Positions 45,337 to 56,100 of a DNA stretch of 64,000 nt are shown one piece after another. Source of the stretch: a virus. Where the stretch lies: positions 1-64,000 of IMG/VR virus record IMGVR_UViG_3300030090_005798. One strand, given 5' to 3'. A program made the position numbers and the translations under genes. The notes beneath the pieces are model-generated. The model searched no databases. It was not told the origin of the DNA and was given only the letters and a program-made list of their open reading frames with translations. Numbering within the stretch: position 1 is the stretch's first letter; every line of letters starts with the position of its first letter.

Positions 45337-47838
45337 GTCAAAGAAATTTCTTTGAGTAGCACTAAACGTAGACGGAATCATTCCTTTTCTGCTATTAGTA
45401 TTGCCAAAATTATCCATAGAAAATTGCTGATCTGGTGGAATCAGTCGCAGTGTAGATTCATTGATTGTTGTTTTTATACCAGCAGAATCTACAGATATAT
45501 TTAACGAACTTATAATTGGAGTAAAATCAGGTATGTGCAATCCATAAAGAGTTCTGCTTGAAGATTCTGGCTTTGGATTACCTCTATTAAAACCATCTTT
45601 TATTGATTTTAATTTTTCCATTTCTAAAGTGCTCCCAGACACAGATGACAAAGTTAATTTATTTGTATTTTTATAAACAGGACCATCAACCTTGTAGGAC
45701 TTGAGTTCTACTTTATCAAAAAGGTCTGCGAGCTTTTGCTGATCATCATTGCTTGTTGAAATAGCATTATCTTCTTCCTCTTCACCATCCTCAGATTTTT
45801 TATTTACTCTAGTTTTACTTCGTAAATATTTAAGTTTGATTATTTTTTTACCATTAATAGATGTAAAATATCTGTTATAAGATTTTTTTGCCAAATCATA
45901 TACATGTTCGACAATAGCCTTACCAGCAAACTGTGGTCCCCCTATAAAAAACTGTCTTCTAGAATTTTGTGGTTCAAAAAACTCTAAGAAGCTTTGTATG
46001 GGATCGTAGTCAATAGCCTCGTCATCTCCACCTTCTTCACCTTCATTCTTTTTTTCTAAAGCAGGTATATTTCTTATACCAATAAAGAATCTAGCATTTT
46101 CAGGCTCTCTTGTAATTTTTGCTTCTCCATTTGTAGCTTCAGCTAATTGCTGGATGGTAACATTTGTTTCAGCATTATCTTTCCCAGCAAAATGTTGAGT
46201 CAGTAATTGTAACCAATCATTTAAACTAGATAAATCATCTATATCTTTTACTTTATCACTTCCTTTAAATGGACCTAAAACAGTCATATTACCAGTATTT
46301 TGGAAAGTCATTCTATCTGTTTTATATTCACTATATGAATTTGTAATATATACTCCCCCAGCTACCTGAAAATATGCATTTAAATATTCATACAAAGGAC
46401 TACCAGAAGGTCTGGGCATAATTTTAGCTGTGCCAGTTTGTTTCCCTTGGTCATCGATAGGTTTATATTTCAAAAGTTTGTATCTAAATCTATCAACCTC
46501 TCTGTCTAAATTTTTAAGTTCAGTTGGGTTATCTTCATTTATCTTAGCAGATAGAGCTTTGCTGTATATTGCTGGTTTTCCATGACGCAAAGACCAGAAC
46601 CAATAATCAGCACAAAATGGAGTATATTCATAAAGTTTTCCAAAATCTAAAACTTTACCTAATCTTTGTTTATTTGGAATTCGCCCACCCCCTTTCATTG
46701 GGATATTTCCATGCATTAATATATATGTAAATTTATCAAAAACATCAGTGCTTTCATTTTGATTAAAAATACCAAAAAACACACCCATCTCTTTATAATC
46801 TAATAAATTTTTAAATACTTTATTTTTGTGGAATGGTATTCTCTTGAAAAATATTGGTCTTGGTCTATCATCATTCTCATTTGATCTATCTGAATTGTCT
46901 TGAGGTTTTTCTGTAGTTCCCACATAAGTATTTACAATCAGATTAGCTCTATTGCTTTTTGTAAAACTAGCAGAGGTTATTACCTTGCTTGAACTGTTAG
47001 TATAATCCTTAACCTTGTAAGTTGCAGCTTGTTCTGAATTTATAAATCTAATAGAGTAAGATTTTGGATCTATATACCAATAATAACCCAAGTAAGATGC
47101 CACAGAGCTAATAACACTGCTTAGTGTGCCGCTATTTTCAAATAAAATTCCATCAAAATCCTTTCCTGATGGTAGCCCAGTAATTTGAACCCCTGCTAAA
47201 TTTACAATTTGTTTAAACTCATTTAAGGTGTAACCTCCTCTAAAATTGTATTGGGCTAAGTCAGGATTATTTCTATAAAACGGACTAACAAAATCCAAGT
47301 TTAAGCTTAAATCTTCTTTAAGTTCTCTATTATTATAATATAAAGATAGTTTTGTCCCATCGAACTTTGCCGCTGTTTCAAAATTATATATTCTACCAGC
47401 CTTTATAATAGAGCCTTCTTTTTGGGGAGGCACAGAAGGGAATGGTTCCAACCCAATATTTCTAGGAGAATTTATAACCTCCGCAAAAGGTCCAAATGGA
47501 CCTTCATAATCTAAAGAGTTATCTGGGGGGCAATTTATTCCTCTTACCAATACAATAAAAGAATCTAAAATTAAACTTGTCCTATCAATATATCTTCTAC
47601 TTATTGTTTTTTTTGTGGGATCTGCCGTAGTGGTAAGTTCTGTGCATACAAAATTGTCCATTAAATTTTGTAATTTTTCATTAGAAAAAGAATTAACCTG
47701 TCCTAGCTCTCCAATGACAATCCCCAAGCCTTCAGAAGAATCTATATTCTTAGCGTCTACAATAGAACTAACTGACGCAGAGTGTCCTCCACCTGCGTTG
47801 GTAAAATTCATATCTAACTTGGTTATTGATTCCCTCAT
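45331..47838 (-). CDS. Probable tail tip / baseplate hub protein
   Basis: 835 aa at the end of the tail operon; ISSVASYLGYYWYIDP hub-like segment. Confidence 0.55.
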   Translation of the reverse strand: MRESITKLDMNFTNAGGGHSASVSSIVDAKNIDSSEGLGIVIGELGQVNSFSNEKLQNLMDNFVCTELTTTADPTKKTISRRYIDRTSLILDSFIVLVRGINCPPDNSLDYEGPFGPFAEVINSPRNIGLEPFPSVPPQKEGSIIKAGRIYNFETAAKFDGTKLSLYYNNRELKEDLSLNLDFVSPFYRNNPDLAQYNFRGGYTLNEFKQIVNLAGVQITGLPSGKDFDGILFENSGTLSSVISSVASYLGYYWYIDPKSYSIRFINSEQAATYKVKDYTNSSSKVITSASFTKSNRANLIVNTYVGTTEKPQDNSDRSNENDDRPRPIFFKRIPFHKNKVFKNLLDYKEMGVFFGIFNQNESTDVFDKFTYILMHGNIPMKGGGRIPNKQRLGKVLDFGKLYEYTPFCADYWFWSLRHGKPAIYSKALSAKINEDNPTELKNLDREVDRFRYKLLKYKPIDDQGKQTGTAKIMPRPSGSPLYEYLNAYFQVAGGVYITNSYSEYKTDRMTFQNTGNMTVLGPFKGSDKVKDIDDLSSLNDWLQLLTQHFAGKDNAETNVTIQQLAEATNGEAKITREPENARFFIGIRNIPALEKKNEGEEGGDDEAIDYDPIQSFLEFFEPQNSRRQFFIGGPQFAGKAIVEHVYDLAKKSYNRYFTSINGKKIIKLKYLRSKTRVNKKSEDGEEEEDNAISTSNDDQQKLADLFDKVELKSYKVDGPVYKNTNKLTLSSVSGSTLEMEKLKSIKDGFNRGNPKPESSSRTLYGLHIPDFTPIISSLNISVDSAGIKTTINESTLRLIPPDQQFSMDNFGNTNSRKGMIPSTFSATQRNFFDL

Positions 47839-48665
47839 AAATTAAATTCTTCTTTTGAAGTTGCTCCTCCAAAACCAGATTCAGGTAATACAGCGGAAAA
47901 CCCTGATTTAATAATACTTACACCTGTATAAAGCTCTAGAAAGTTTGATTGCAACTCTTCGACTCCATTTATGTAATAATTTGTTCTTTTCTCTACGAAT
48001 TTTGGACCTTTTATATCCGCGTGTTGGCTAATTAAAGAATCAGTGTTGGGACTCTTTTTAAATGCTAAATATTTAAATTTGTTTTCACTTGCTGTTGTAA
48101 CGATACCCCCTACACTACTAGCAGTCCCAAAATTTGGTTCTAAGTTTTCTCCCGCTAATAAGCCTACACCCGAACCTGAATAAACTTTTATACCATTTAA
48201 AAAATAATGGAAATCATCAAAACCTTTTGCTGAAGAATATCTACCATTAATGCCTGTTCTCAAAGACGGACCTAAATCTCCCGTCCCTGCAAATATGCCC
48301 CCAGTTATAATATTATAAACAATATTTGATGTAGCTTTTGCTGGAGTGCTGCCATCAAAGTTTAAAACAGATGTTTCTTGAAGTGGTGCTGTTTCAGATT
48401 TTGTAAAAAAATCACCCGTAAATATTTGGAATATTTTTTCATTTATTGCTTGTGACTCTACGGGAATTTCTTGTTGTAGGGTTTGTCCATTTAAAGATAA
48501 TCTTATAGTATCTTGTCCTGTTGTTAAATCTGTATCAAAATAAAAATTTTCTATTGTATTAACAGCAAAAACATTTCTTTTTGAAGAGAGATCACCACCC
48601 ATATCAGAGGACATACATCCTGATACAGTTACATTTCCTGTTGTTACCACGCTTTCGTAAATCAT
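47835..48665 (-). CDS. Tail/baseplate structural protein
   Basis: Repeated (Y/L)(L/I)NG motifs; 12 SG/TG; operon context. Confidence 0.55.
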   Translation of the reverse strand: MIYESVVTTGNVTVSGCMSSDMGGDLSSKRNVFAVNTIENFYFDTDLTTGQDTIRLSLNGQTLQQEIPVESQAINEKIFQIFTGDFFTKSETAPLQETSVLNFDGSTPAKATSNIVYNIITGGIFAGTGDLGPSLRTGINGRYSSAKGFDDFHYFLNGIKVYSGSGVGLLAGENLEPNFGTASSVGGIVTTASENKFKYLAFKKSPNTDSLISQHADIKGPKFVEKRTNYYINGVEELQSNFLELYTGVSIIKSGFSAVLPESGFGGATSKEEFNL

Positions 48666-50041
48666 AATCTCTCTCCTAAATAGTAAATATAATCTTTCAT
48701 AAATAAATCTGAATTAATATTCATATTTATTCCAGATCTTGTAAAAGATTTGCCGTCTATAATGTTTTCGTAAAGAGGTTCTTGTATAACTCCACTAACT
48801 TCTTCAAGGATGCCTGTTTGAATTCTTGATCCAAAAAGCTGAACAAGAACTTTCTGTGATCCAGAAATAGTTTGTTCTTCTGCAAATTCAGCAACCGCTG
48901 CTGTGACATTTTGAAGACCGAGTGTATCAAAAGCCCCTTCTCCAGTGGGTAAATATTGATACCCTGAAGGTGGATAAAGAAAACCCACTTCCTGTTTATA
49001 AAATGTTTTTACTCCACTTTCTGTAAAGGAATGATATTCAAGATATCTATCACCTTCTCCTGTAAAAGTAGCCGAATCTAAAGAAAATCCTCCTGATAAC
49101 ATATATCTTCCCGTTGAAAGATTTATGTCTCCTGTATTCTGATAATCGTATCCTGTTATCCCCGTCTTATAAACAGTTGTTTGATTGTAACCAGTGATCC
49201 TTCTATTCTCAATATTTGTTGAAGTTCCATCAAAATAATTACCAACTAAGCCACTAGAAATCGAAAACATTGATCCGTCAGAAACATATCCAGAAAACAA
49301 AGCAAACGAATTAAGACTAACTCTTGAAGTAGTATCTTCTCCAGAACTTCCTCTAAAATACTGATCTGAGCCACCTAAGAAAAATTCACTACTATTTGCT
49401 ATAAAATCTGTATCTATGAAAAAATCCTCCGACTCAACAGAACTATTTAATAGATCAACTTTATTTATTGATAAAAAATTATTACCCAAAGAAAATCCTA
49501 CAATATTTCTTTTTGATAGATCTACAGAATTTGCGGTATAGATAAAGTCTCCTCCTCCATCAAATCCTTGATAAAATAATTTTCCTCTGTCGTTTATACC
49601 AAAATTATATCCTTTAGCCCCAGTTATAACTTCACCATTTATAGTTTGAGAGGTCTTATTTAGAGATCCAAATAAAATACAGTCACTAACTGTATCATTA
49701 AATTCAAAATCAAAAATAGTTGAAATACTTGAATATAATAAATCAGAAGTTTCTACTTTTAAATTAGAAAGATTTAACCTTGCTTTATCTCCGTTTAAAA
49801 ATTCGCCTGTCGCAAAAACCTTTGATGATGCTGCACTTGCTCCCACACCAACTACAATACCACTATAAATGCCAGTATCTTTTGAGGGGTCGCAATTTTC
49901 TATTACAGCATAATGAGATGCCCCTTCTGTTTTAGAGCCTATATGTCTACCACTCATTCCAGAAAAATCATAAAAAGTCAAAAGCCTATTCTGACCTCCT
50001 AAAGTTTCTTCTATAGCGTATTGTAATGCGTTGCGGCTCAT
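48662..50041 (-). CDS. Tail/baseplate structural protein (possible LamG-like region)
   Basis: GYNFGINDRGKLFY..FFLGG; about 23 SG/TG. Confidence 0.55.
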   Translation of the reverse strand: MSRNALQYAIEETLGGQNRLLTFYDFSGMSGRHIGSKTEGASHYAVIENCDPSKDTGIYSGIVVGVGASAASSKVFATGEFLNGDKARLNLSNLKVETSDLLYSSISTIFDFEFNDTVSDCILFGSLNKTSQTINGEVITGAKGYNFGINDRGKLFYQGFDGGGDFIYTANSVDLSKRNIVGFSLGNNFLSINKVDLLNSSVESEDFFIDTDFIANSSEFFLGGSDQYFRGSSGEDTTSRVSLNSFALFSGYVSDGSMFSISSGLVGNYFDGTSTNIENRRITGYNQTTVYKTGITGYDYQNTGDINLSTGRYMLSGGFSLDSATFTGEGDRYLEYHSFTESGVKTFYKQEVGFLYPPSGYQYLPTGEGAFDTLGLQNVTAAVAEFAEEQTISGSQKVLVQLFGSRIQTGILEEVSGVIQEPLYENIIDGKSFTRSGINMNINSDLFMKDYIYYLGERL

Positions 50042-50042
50042 A

Positions 50043-51644
50043 TCAATAATATCTACTCATGTTAAAAGATAATGTGTTTTCGTTTACACTACTACTTTCT
50101 GAGAATGTAAACACACCCGTCAAATGACCACTAATAACATCTTTTAATTGTGGTAAACTTCCTGTTTCAGCTTCACAAGTAGCTCCAACAAGCATTTCTC
50201 CAGCAGTCCTGTCAATTAGCTTTTGTATTGCAAAACCACCTAAACTTGGAACAATACCACTTAGTTGTATTGGTTTTTTATCTGTTATCGTTACTTGCAA
50301 ACCAGATAGGGTTCCAGAAGATATATCTATCCTATTATCAAAACTAACACCGTATGAAATTTGGCTTTGCTGTGGATCTTTATTTATAGTTTTACTTGTT
50401 GGAATTGTATTTAAATAGTCTCCACTAATATGATACCCTGTTGCATCCCCAGTAAAATCCTGCAAGGCTTCAACTGCTAAATTAAAAAATCCAGAGTTTG
50501 TCTGAATGCCGCTAAAAACAGAATCTACTTCCAAAAATCTTGTTCCTGTTGCTGGGTCTCCAGTGGGGATAATATTAAATGGATCATTATATGTTAAACT
50601 ACCATTCACAGAAACCGTAACCTTTGAGTCATCCTTTGAAGCTGATACACTTGCAGATCTTGTGTGTAAAACATTACCTATTTGATCTAAATTTTCAGGA
50701 TCATCAAAACCAAAGGAAAAATCTATTTTGTTAGACCCCGTATCAATTTTATAGTTTACAGAAGATGGCTTTCTTTGGCTAAATGAATAAGCTCCACTCT
50801 CATAATCAGATAAAGAAGAAACAACCGCATTGACTGCTATGTCAGATGCCATCTCTGGCGTAATAACTCCTGTATCCAATAAACCATCTCCGTCTTTTGA
50901 GGCCAACATCGATCCCTGAACCGATACATCTACACTCGCTGCCAAACCTCCATTTTTATCAAAAGATATCGATGTTCTTGCAGTTGTTATCCCCGAGTTT
51001 GTTAAAGGGTTTTCAGAAGTATTATATTTGTAAGTTTCTGTGACAGAATAAGAATCAGCTTTTTTATCTATACTTTCATTTTTACTAATTAAAAAACCTG
51101 TAACACCAGTTTGAAATAAACTTAAGTTAGTAAAGCCTGTAATCCTAGAATCTACAAAATTCTTAGCGTTAACTAAAGCCGCTGTAGCATTTACTTTCAC
51201 GCCGACAGCAGACACATTGTGTGTAGCTTGTGTTATCTTGCCTTCTTGTTCATCGAAGCTCCAATTATCGACTGGATTAGTTATCCCAAAAAATTCAGAA
51301 AAAGATCTATCTGTATAAGATGTAAAAGATACAGAATACGGCAATAGCGTAGTTAAGTCCGAATCTTCAAACTGTATTGAATCAGCTTTGGAAAAAGTAA
51401 ATCCCGTAGTAGAACTTCCGTGAGTAATTGATAAGGTCTCAAAATCTGGCATTAAACCACTTATCATTTGCATTTTTTGTAAATGCAAACCACTTAAATT
51501 AGAGCCAGTTAAATTACCTATTAAATTTATTGTTTCGAGAAAGTGATCAACCTTACCTTGAACATATATGGGTTCAACTCCCTGCCCAACTAAAGGGGTA
51601 GGACTTGGAAAAGTATAAGATCCAAATGTAATTTGTTCACTCAC
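50043..51644 (-). CDS. Tail structural protein
   Basis: Beta-rich; second gene after the tape measure; 24 SG/TG. Confidence 0.6.
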   Translation of the reverse strand: MSEQITFGSYTFPSPTPLVGQGVEPIYVQGKVDHFLETINLIGNLTGSNLSGLHLQKMQMISGLMPDFETLSITHGSSTTGFTFSKADSIQFEDSDLTTLLPYSVSFTSYTDRSFSEFFGITNPVDNWSFDEQEGKITQATHNVSAVGVKVNATAALVNAKNFVDSRITGFTNLSLFQTGVTGFLISKNESIDKKADSYSVTETYKYNTSENPLTNSGITTARTSISFDKNGGLAASVDVSVQGSMLASKDGDGLLDTGVITPEMASDIAVNAVVSSLSDYESGAYSFSQRKPSSVNYKIDTGSNKIDFSFGFDDPENLDQIGNVLHTRSASVSASKDDSKVTVSVNGSLTYNDPFNIIPTGDPATGTRFLEVDSVFSGIQTNSGFFNLAVEALQDFTGDATGYHISGDYLNTIPTSKTINKDPQQSQISYGVSFDNRIDISSGTLSGLQVTITDKKPIQLSGIVPSLGGFAIQKLIDRTAGEMLVGATCEAETGSLPQLKDVISGHLTGVFTFSESSSVNENTLSFNMSRYY

Positions 51645-53184
51645 TAGCTATAAATAAATAGTTTATATTTCTTGTGGCTTGACCTTGACCTAAATTCAAA
51701 GTAATAGTGTCAGAAGTTATATGAGTTATATTTTCATTAACTAATGCCGTAAATTCGTCTGTTTTACCCTCTAAAGTCTCTTGTGCTTTATATATTCCTG
51801 CACTCTGACTCACCGTGGCTTGTGCAGAAACAGAGGCGCTCCCAACTGTTTTTAAATCTTTTGTTACAACTTGTTCTTTTAAATTTTGCAAATCTAAGAA
51901 TTTCTCAATTCTATTAATTTGATGAGTCTTATTCAATGTTTTTTTTAATTTTAAAACACCATCGTCATTATCTTTATAGGAATCATCAGTTGTAAATTTT
52001 ATTGTTTCCGCAATTGATCCTTCTGATTTTTGAAAATTTGTAGATCTAGATTTCTCGTATATAGGCACATCAGGGTGAAAAAGCCTCTGTATTCTAAGTT
52101 CATTTAAAGATTGCTCTCTAACCCAAGTCGCTTTTGAGTTAATAAACTTTTCTTTATTGTTTTTGCCTAAACAATTATAGGTTATAGACAAATCAAATTC
52201 TTTAAATTTCCCAGCTTTATTTTCCGCTCCTGTGTATGAAACAATTTCATCTTGAGAGGAGGGGTCTGTGGTAAATTTTATTGTCAAAGTGGCAGTATCT
52301 CCATCTTTGGAGATTCCCTTAGATATGGATGAAGGAGATCCAAATTCACTAGCTTCACTAGCTTTTAGTTCATCTACTATTTCTCCTATCGCAGAAGTTA
52401 AAACATTTTCAGAATCCTGTCTTAAAGCAGACAATTCTATATTAAATGTTTTATTAGTAAAACCTTCTTTTGTTATCTCTATGTCTTGAGTTTCTTTTCT
52501 ACCTACTTTTTTTGAATCGTCTATAAAAGATGAAGAAACACTCTCTGTGAGTTCTACGGATAAACCAATTAAATCATAGCTCTCGCTTATTAACCCTTTA
52601 AAATTATCACTTATTCTAGCATCTTCTGAGATACCATCTTCTTGATATCCAAAATCAGGTCTGTTAGCAAAATAATAATTAGTTAAAAATACTTTTGCAT
52701 CATTTAAAAACTGGTCCCCAGCTTCTTGTTTATAGCTTAATCCTATTTTTCTTGAAGATGTATAGTCTGCACCATTTCTACTAAAATCATAAGATTCGTT
52801 AAAATCTTCTACTAATTGAGGATTGGGAATATATTTAGCAAAAGATGTATTAGAATAACTATCTAACCTTCTTGACTCTTGTATGGTTATTATTACTACC
52901 TCTGAACCAACTAAAGCACCCGCTTCAAAATCAAAAGATTGTATTCTGCCATTAATATAATCATCTGCACCAATACGAGCTACAAGATTCTGTCTGCCAT
53001 AAGCGTGAAATATTGCATCCCTACCTTTTACTAAAACAGTGTCTCTATCTTCTATATGTATGTCAGAAATATCGATTTGATAAGTTCCGACAACCTCGTA
53101 GCCAAATAATTCTTCTTGGGCTATATAACTATAGGATATATTAACCGAGGAAGATAATACATTGTTTACGATTAAAGATGCCAT
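51637..53184 (-). CDS. Tail structural protein (distal-tail position)
   Basis: Immediately downstream of the tape measure; beta-rich. Confidence 0.6.
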   Translation of the reverse strand: MASLIVNNVLSSSVNISYSYIAQEELFGYEVVGTYQIDISDIHIEDRDTVLVKGRDAIFHAYGRQNLVARIGADDYINGRIQSFDFEAGALVGSEVVIITIQESRRLDSYSNTSFAKYIPNPQLVEDFNESYDFSRNGADYTSSRKIGLSYKQEAGDQFLNDAKVFLTNYYFANRPDFGYQEDGISEDARISDNFKGLISESYDLIGLSVELTESVSSSFIDDSKKVGRKETQDIEITKEGFTNKTFNIELSALRQDSENVLTSAIGEIVDELKASEASEFGSPSSISKGISKDGDTATLTIKFTTDPSSQDEIVSYTGAENKAGKFKEFDLSITYNCLGKNNKEKFINSKATWVREQSLNELRIQRLFHPDVPIYEKSRSTNFQKSEGSIAETIKFTTDDSYKDNDDGVLKLKKTLNKTHQINRIEKFLDLQNLKEQVVTKDLKTVGSASVSAQATVSQSAGIYKAQETLEGKTDEFTALVNENITHITSDTITLNLGQGQATRNINYLFIASE

Positions 53185-53186
53185 TA

Positions 53187-56100
53187 TTATTTTCCTTTCG
53201 CTCTATCTAATTCTGCCTGTGCATCTCTTATTAGACCTTGCGCTGTTTTTATAGCCTCTTCTGCGTCTAAAATTGTTTGATTGTTTGTGCTGATCAGACC
53301 CGCTATAGTCTCTGTTTTCTGAACATCCATTCTAATTGGCTTAATAGACTCCTCTGCGTTTGTGGCCAATTGTTGCATTGCATTTTTCGCATCAATAACA
53401 GATTGAGCGAATTCGCCAGCCTCTTCATCGTTAAGAAGATTTTCAATATTCTTTTTCGTAGTTGCTAATTTTTGTTCAATTGCTTTAGCTTCTTCTCTTA
53501 GTTTTGTGTCCAGATCAGTAGTGTCTATTCCTTTATCTCTCAAATAGTCAGGCATCATAGCTCCAGTAAGCTTCTTACCTGCTGCTGTTTCTGCTCCTCC
53601 AAGACCAACTTTCACCACATCGGTTAACACTCCCCTTAGTTCTTTCGCGGTGATACTAGGATCAAATTGTCGTATTAAATCCTCAACCTTAACGCCAAGC
53701 CCCTGATCATCAAACTCAGAAATCATTTGACCTAAAGCCTCTTTATCCATCTTTTCTCCTTTATTTATTTCACTTACAATGTCTCCAACTTGTTGTCCCA
53801 TAAAGTCCATGTCTAAAGCTTCTCCTCCAAATATATTTTTAATTGTATCTGCTGCTGATGAAATAGACTTGGCTAAAGTTTCTTCAATCTTTTTGGCATT
53901 TTCTGCCTTCATCTCCTCAATCTCAGTCATCTTAACTTGGAAGCCAGCCATCGCTGTTTTAACGGCTGTTTCAAAAGCTATTCCAGAGGACTTCACTTTG
54001 GCTCTCTCCTCTCCCACGGCAGCTAAGTAAGCATCTCCCTGCGCCCTAGCCTCATCCGTAAGCTCACCAGCCTGTCCACCCTCAATCATACCCGCAATCT
54101 CTCTTACAACATCAGGGATTAAATTTTTATTGTCTACACTACCAAAAAAGTTGCCTTCCTTTGTTGCTAAATTACTTTGAGCAAGACCAAATTTAGCCCT
54201 TGTAGAATCTACTCCTGCTATAGTTAAGTCTTGTTGAGCAGAAAGCTTCGACGCTCCTTTCATTGGCCCTGTAATAGCATCTGCTAATATGTTTCTTATT
54301 GAAGCCTCTCTTAAATTTTCTTCAGCTACCTCTACGGCTTTTTGGCTTATAGCAGCCAGTTCTCTTTGTGCAGCAACAATTTGTTTTTGTGCCTCAAGAC
54401 TAGCCCTTGCAAACTCTAACTCTGCTTTTTCAATACCTTCTTTGTCTTTAAGTAATTGACCTTCAGAAAGCTGCGCTCCTTTAAGAAGGATATTCTTAAC
54501 TTTTCGTTGAGCCATCGACAAATCCCTTTGTGCTTGGTTGAGTTCAATGGTTGATTCTCCATCTTCCAACTTACTTTCTTCTAAAGCTACAGCACTTGCA
54601 AATCTTGCCATCTCTTGCCTTGCGTTTGTGAGTTCTGTCACAAACTCTGGTGTCGCATTGCCAGTTTTTACTAATCTCTCATTAAACTTGTTGGTTGCTT
54701 TTTTAAAGTCTTCTCCAAAACCCATTTCTGCAAGCTCGCTTGGTAGAAAACTATCTATTCTCTGATTGAGTAGGTCTATTGGATTTGATCCATCTCCTGC
54801 CCCTCCTGCCGCAGCACCGCCTATCGCTTGACCAGCTTTCCCTACCCCAAAAGCTCCTAATATACCCGCTCCAAGTCCTATCGCACCGCCAGCAAGATTT
54901 CCAATTCCTGGAGCGAAACTTCCCAACGCCATTCCAGTAAGCGCGCTTGCACCTATACCTCCCAAGGTTGCTCCTATACCACCTCCCAATGCTCTTCCTT
55001 TTTGATATCTTTTATCTTGCCTACTTATATCTTGTCTTTTTTCTATATTAGATATCTCGCTTGCTGTAAGGGCTATCCCTGCTACTGTTCCAGCAATACC
55101 AAATTTTGTCCCCGTTCCCATGCCTCCTTTGTTTTGGTTTAACATAGCTGCCTTAAGCTTTGGATCTTTAGAAGCGGCAGCAAATGATCCACCTACTGTC
55201 CTAACACCTCCTATCTTACTCGGAGCGATAGAGGGTGTCCTTCTACCAAAAAATCCTCCACCAGAGCCTCTTCCAGAAACATCTCCTGCCCCTTGTCCTC
55301 TGAATGCTAGAAGCATAGCTACAGTAGAACCAACACCAGCTAAACGCATAAGCATTTCTGAAGAGCTTTGTAGGACAGTCCTTTGCTCTTTTAAGCTTTG
55401 TGTTAACTCATCTCTTGCCATCAACTCGTCTGAAACAGCTAAGACTCCTTTCTCAGCAATAGCCTCTTGAGTATTCATTAATTCTTTAGAACTTTCGTTC
55501 ATAGAATCAAGTAGAGCATGTTGTTGCTCCATCTTTGCTGTAACTGTTCCAGCAGCCGAAGTTAAACCCATGAACGCTATGCCAAGAGTCGTCATTCTAT
55601 TTTCAGCCTTAAATAATCCTTTAGTAAATCTAAGGAGCGCTGGACCCGCTTTGGCCACATTATAATTCGGAACAAATCCACCAGCAAACATTCCAACGCC
55701 ATTCCGCTCTCGCTTTATAGCATCTTGTAAACCATTTGGTTCATCTCTTAAGTTTGTTACTGCAACAGGTTCACCTTGATCGTCTTTGTGAACTCTCATC
55801 AAAGACATAGGAACTCCACCTCTTCTAGTGAAGTTTGGTATAAATCCTCTAGCTCTTCTTTTCTCGTTTTTAACCTTTGTCTTCCCTTTACCTATTTCTA
55901 TTCGACCAGCTACGTTATCAATAATTTGTTTAACATATTTAGTCTTGTTTCCAATACTGTCTGAAGATTTAAAATCTCCAAACTCAAAATTCATGTCTTG
56001 TAGACCAAAGATTAATTCTAGATCTTTTCTAGCTTTATCAAATTGAATATCTAGCTGTCCTTTATCTTGAGCAACTCCTCCTGTAATAGCTTGAATAACA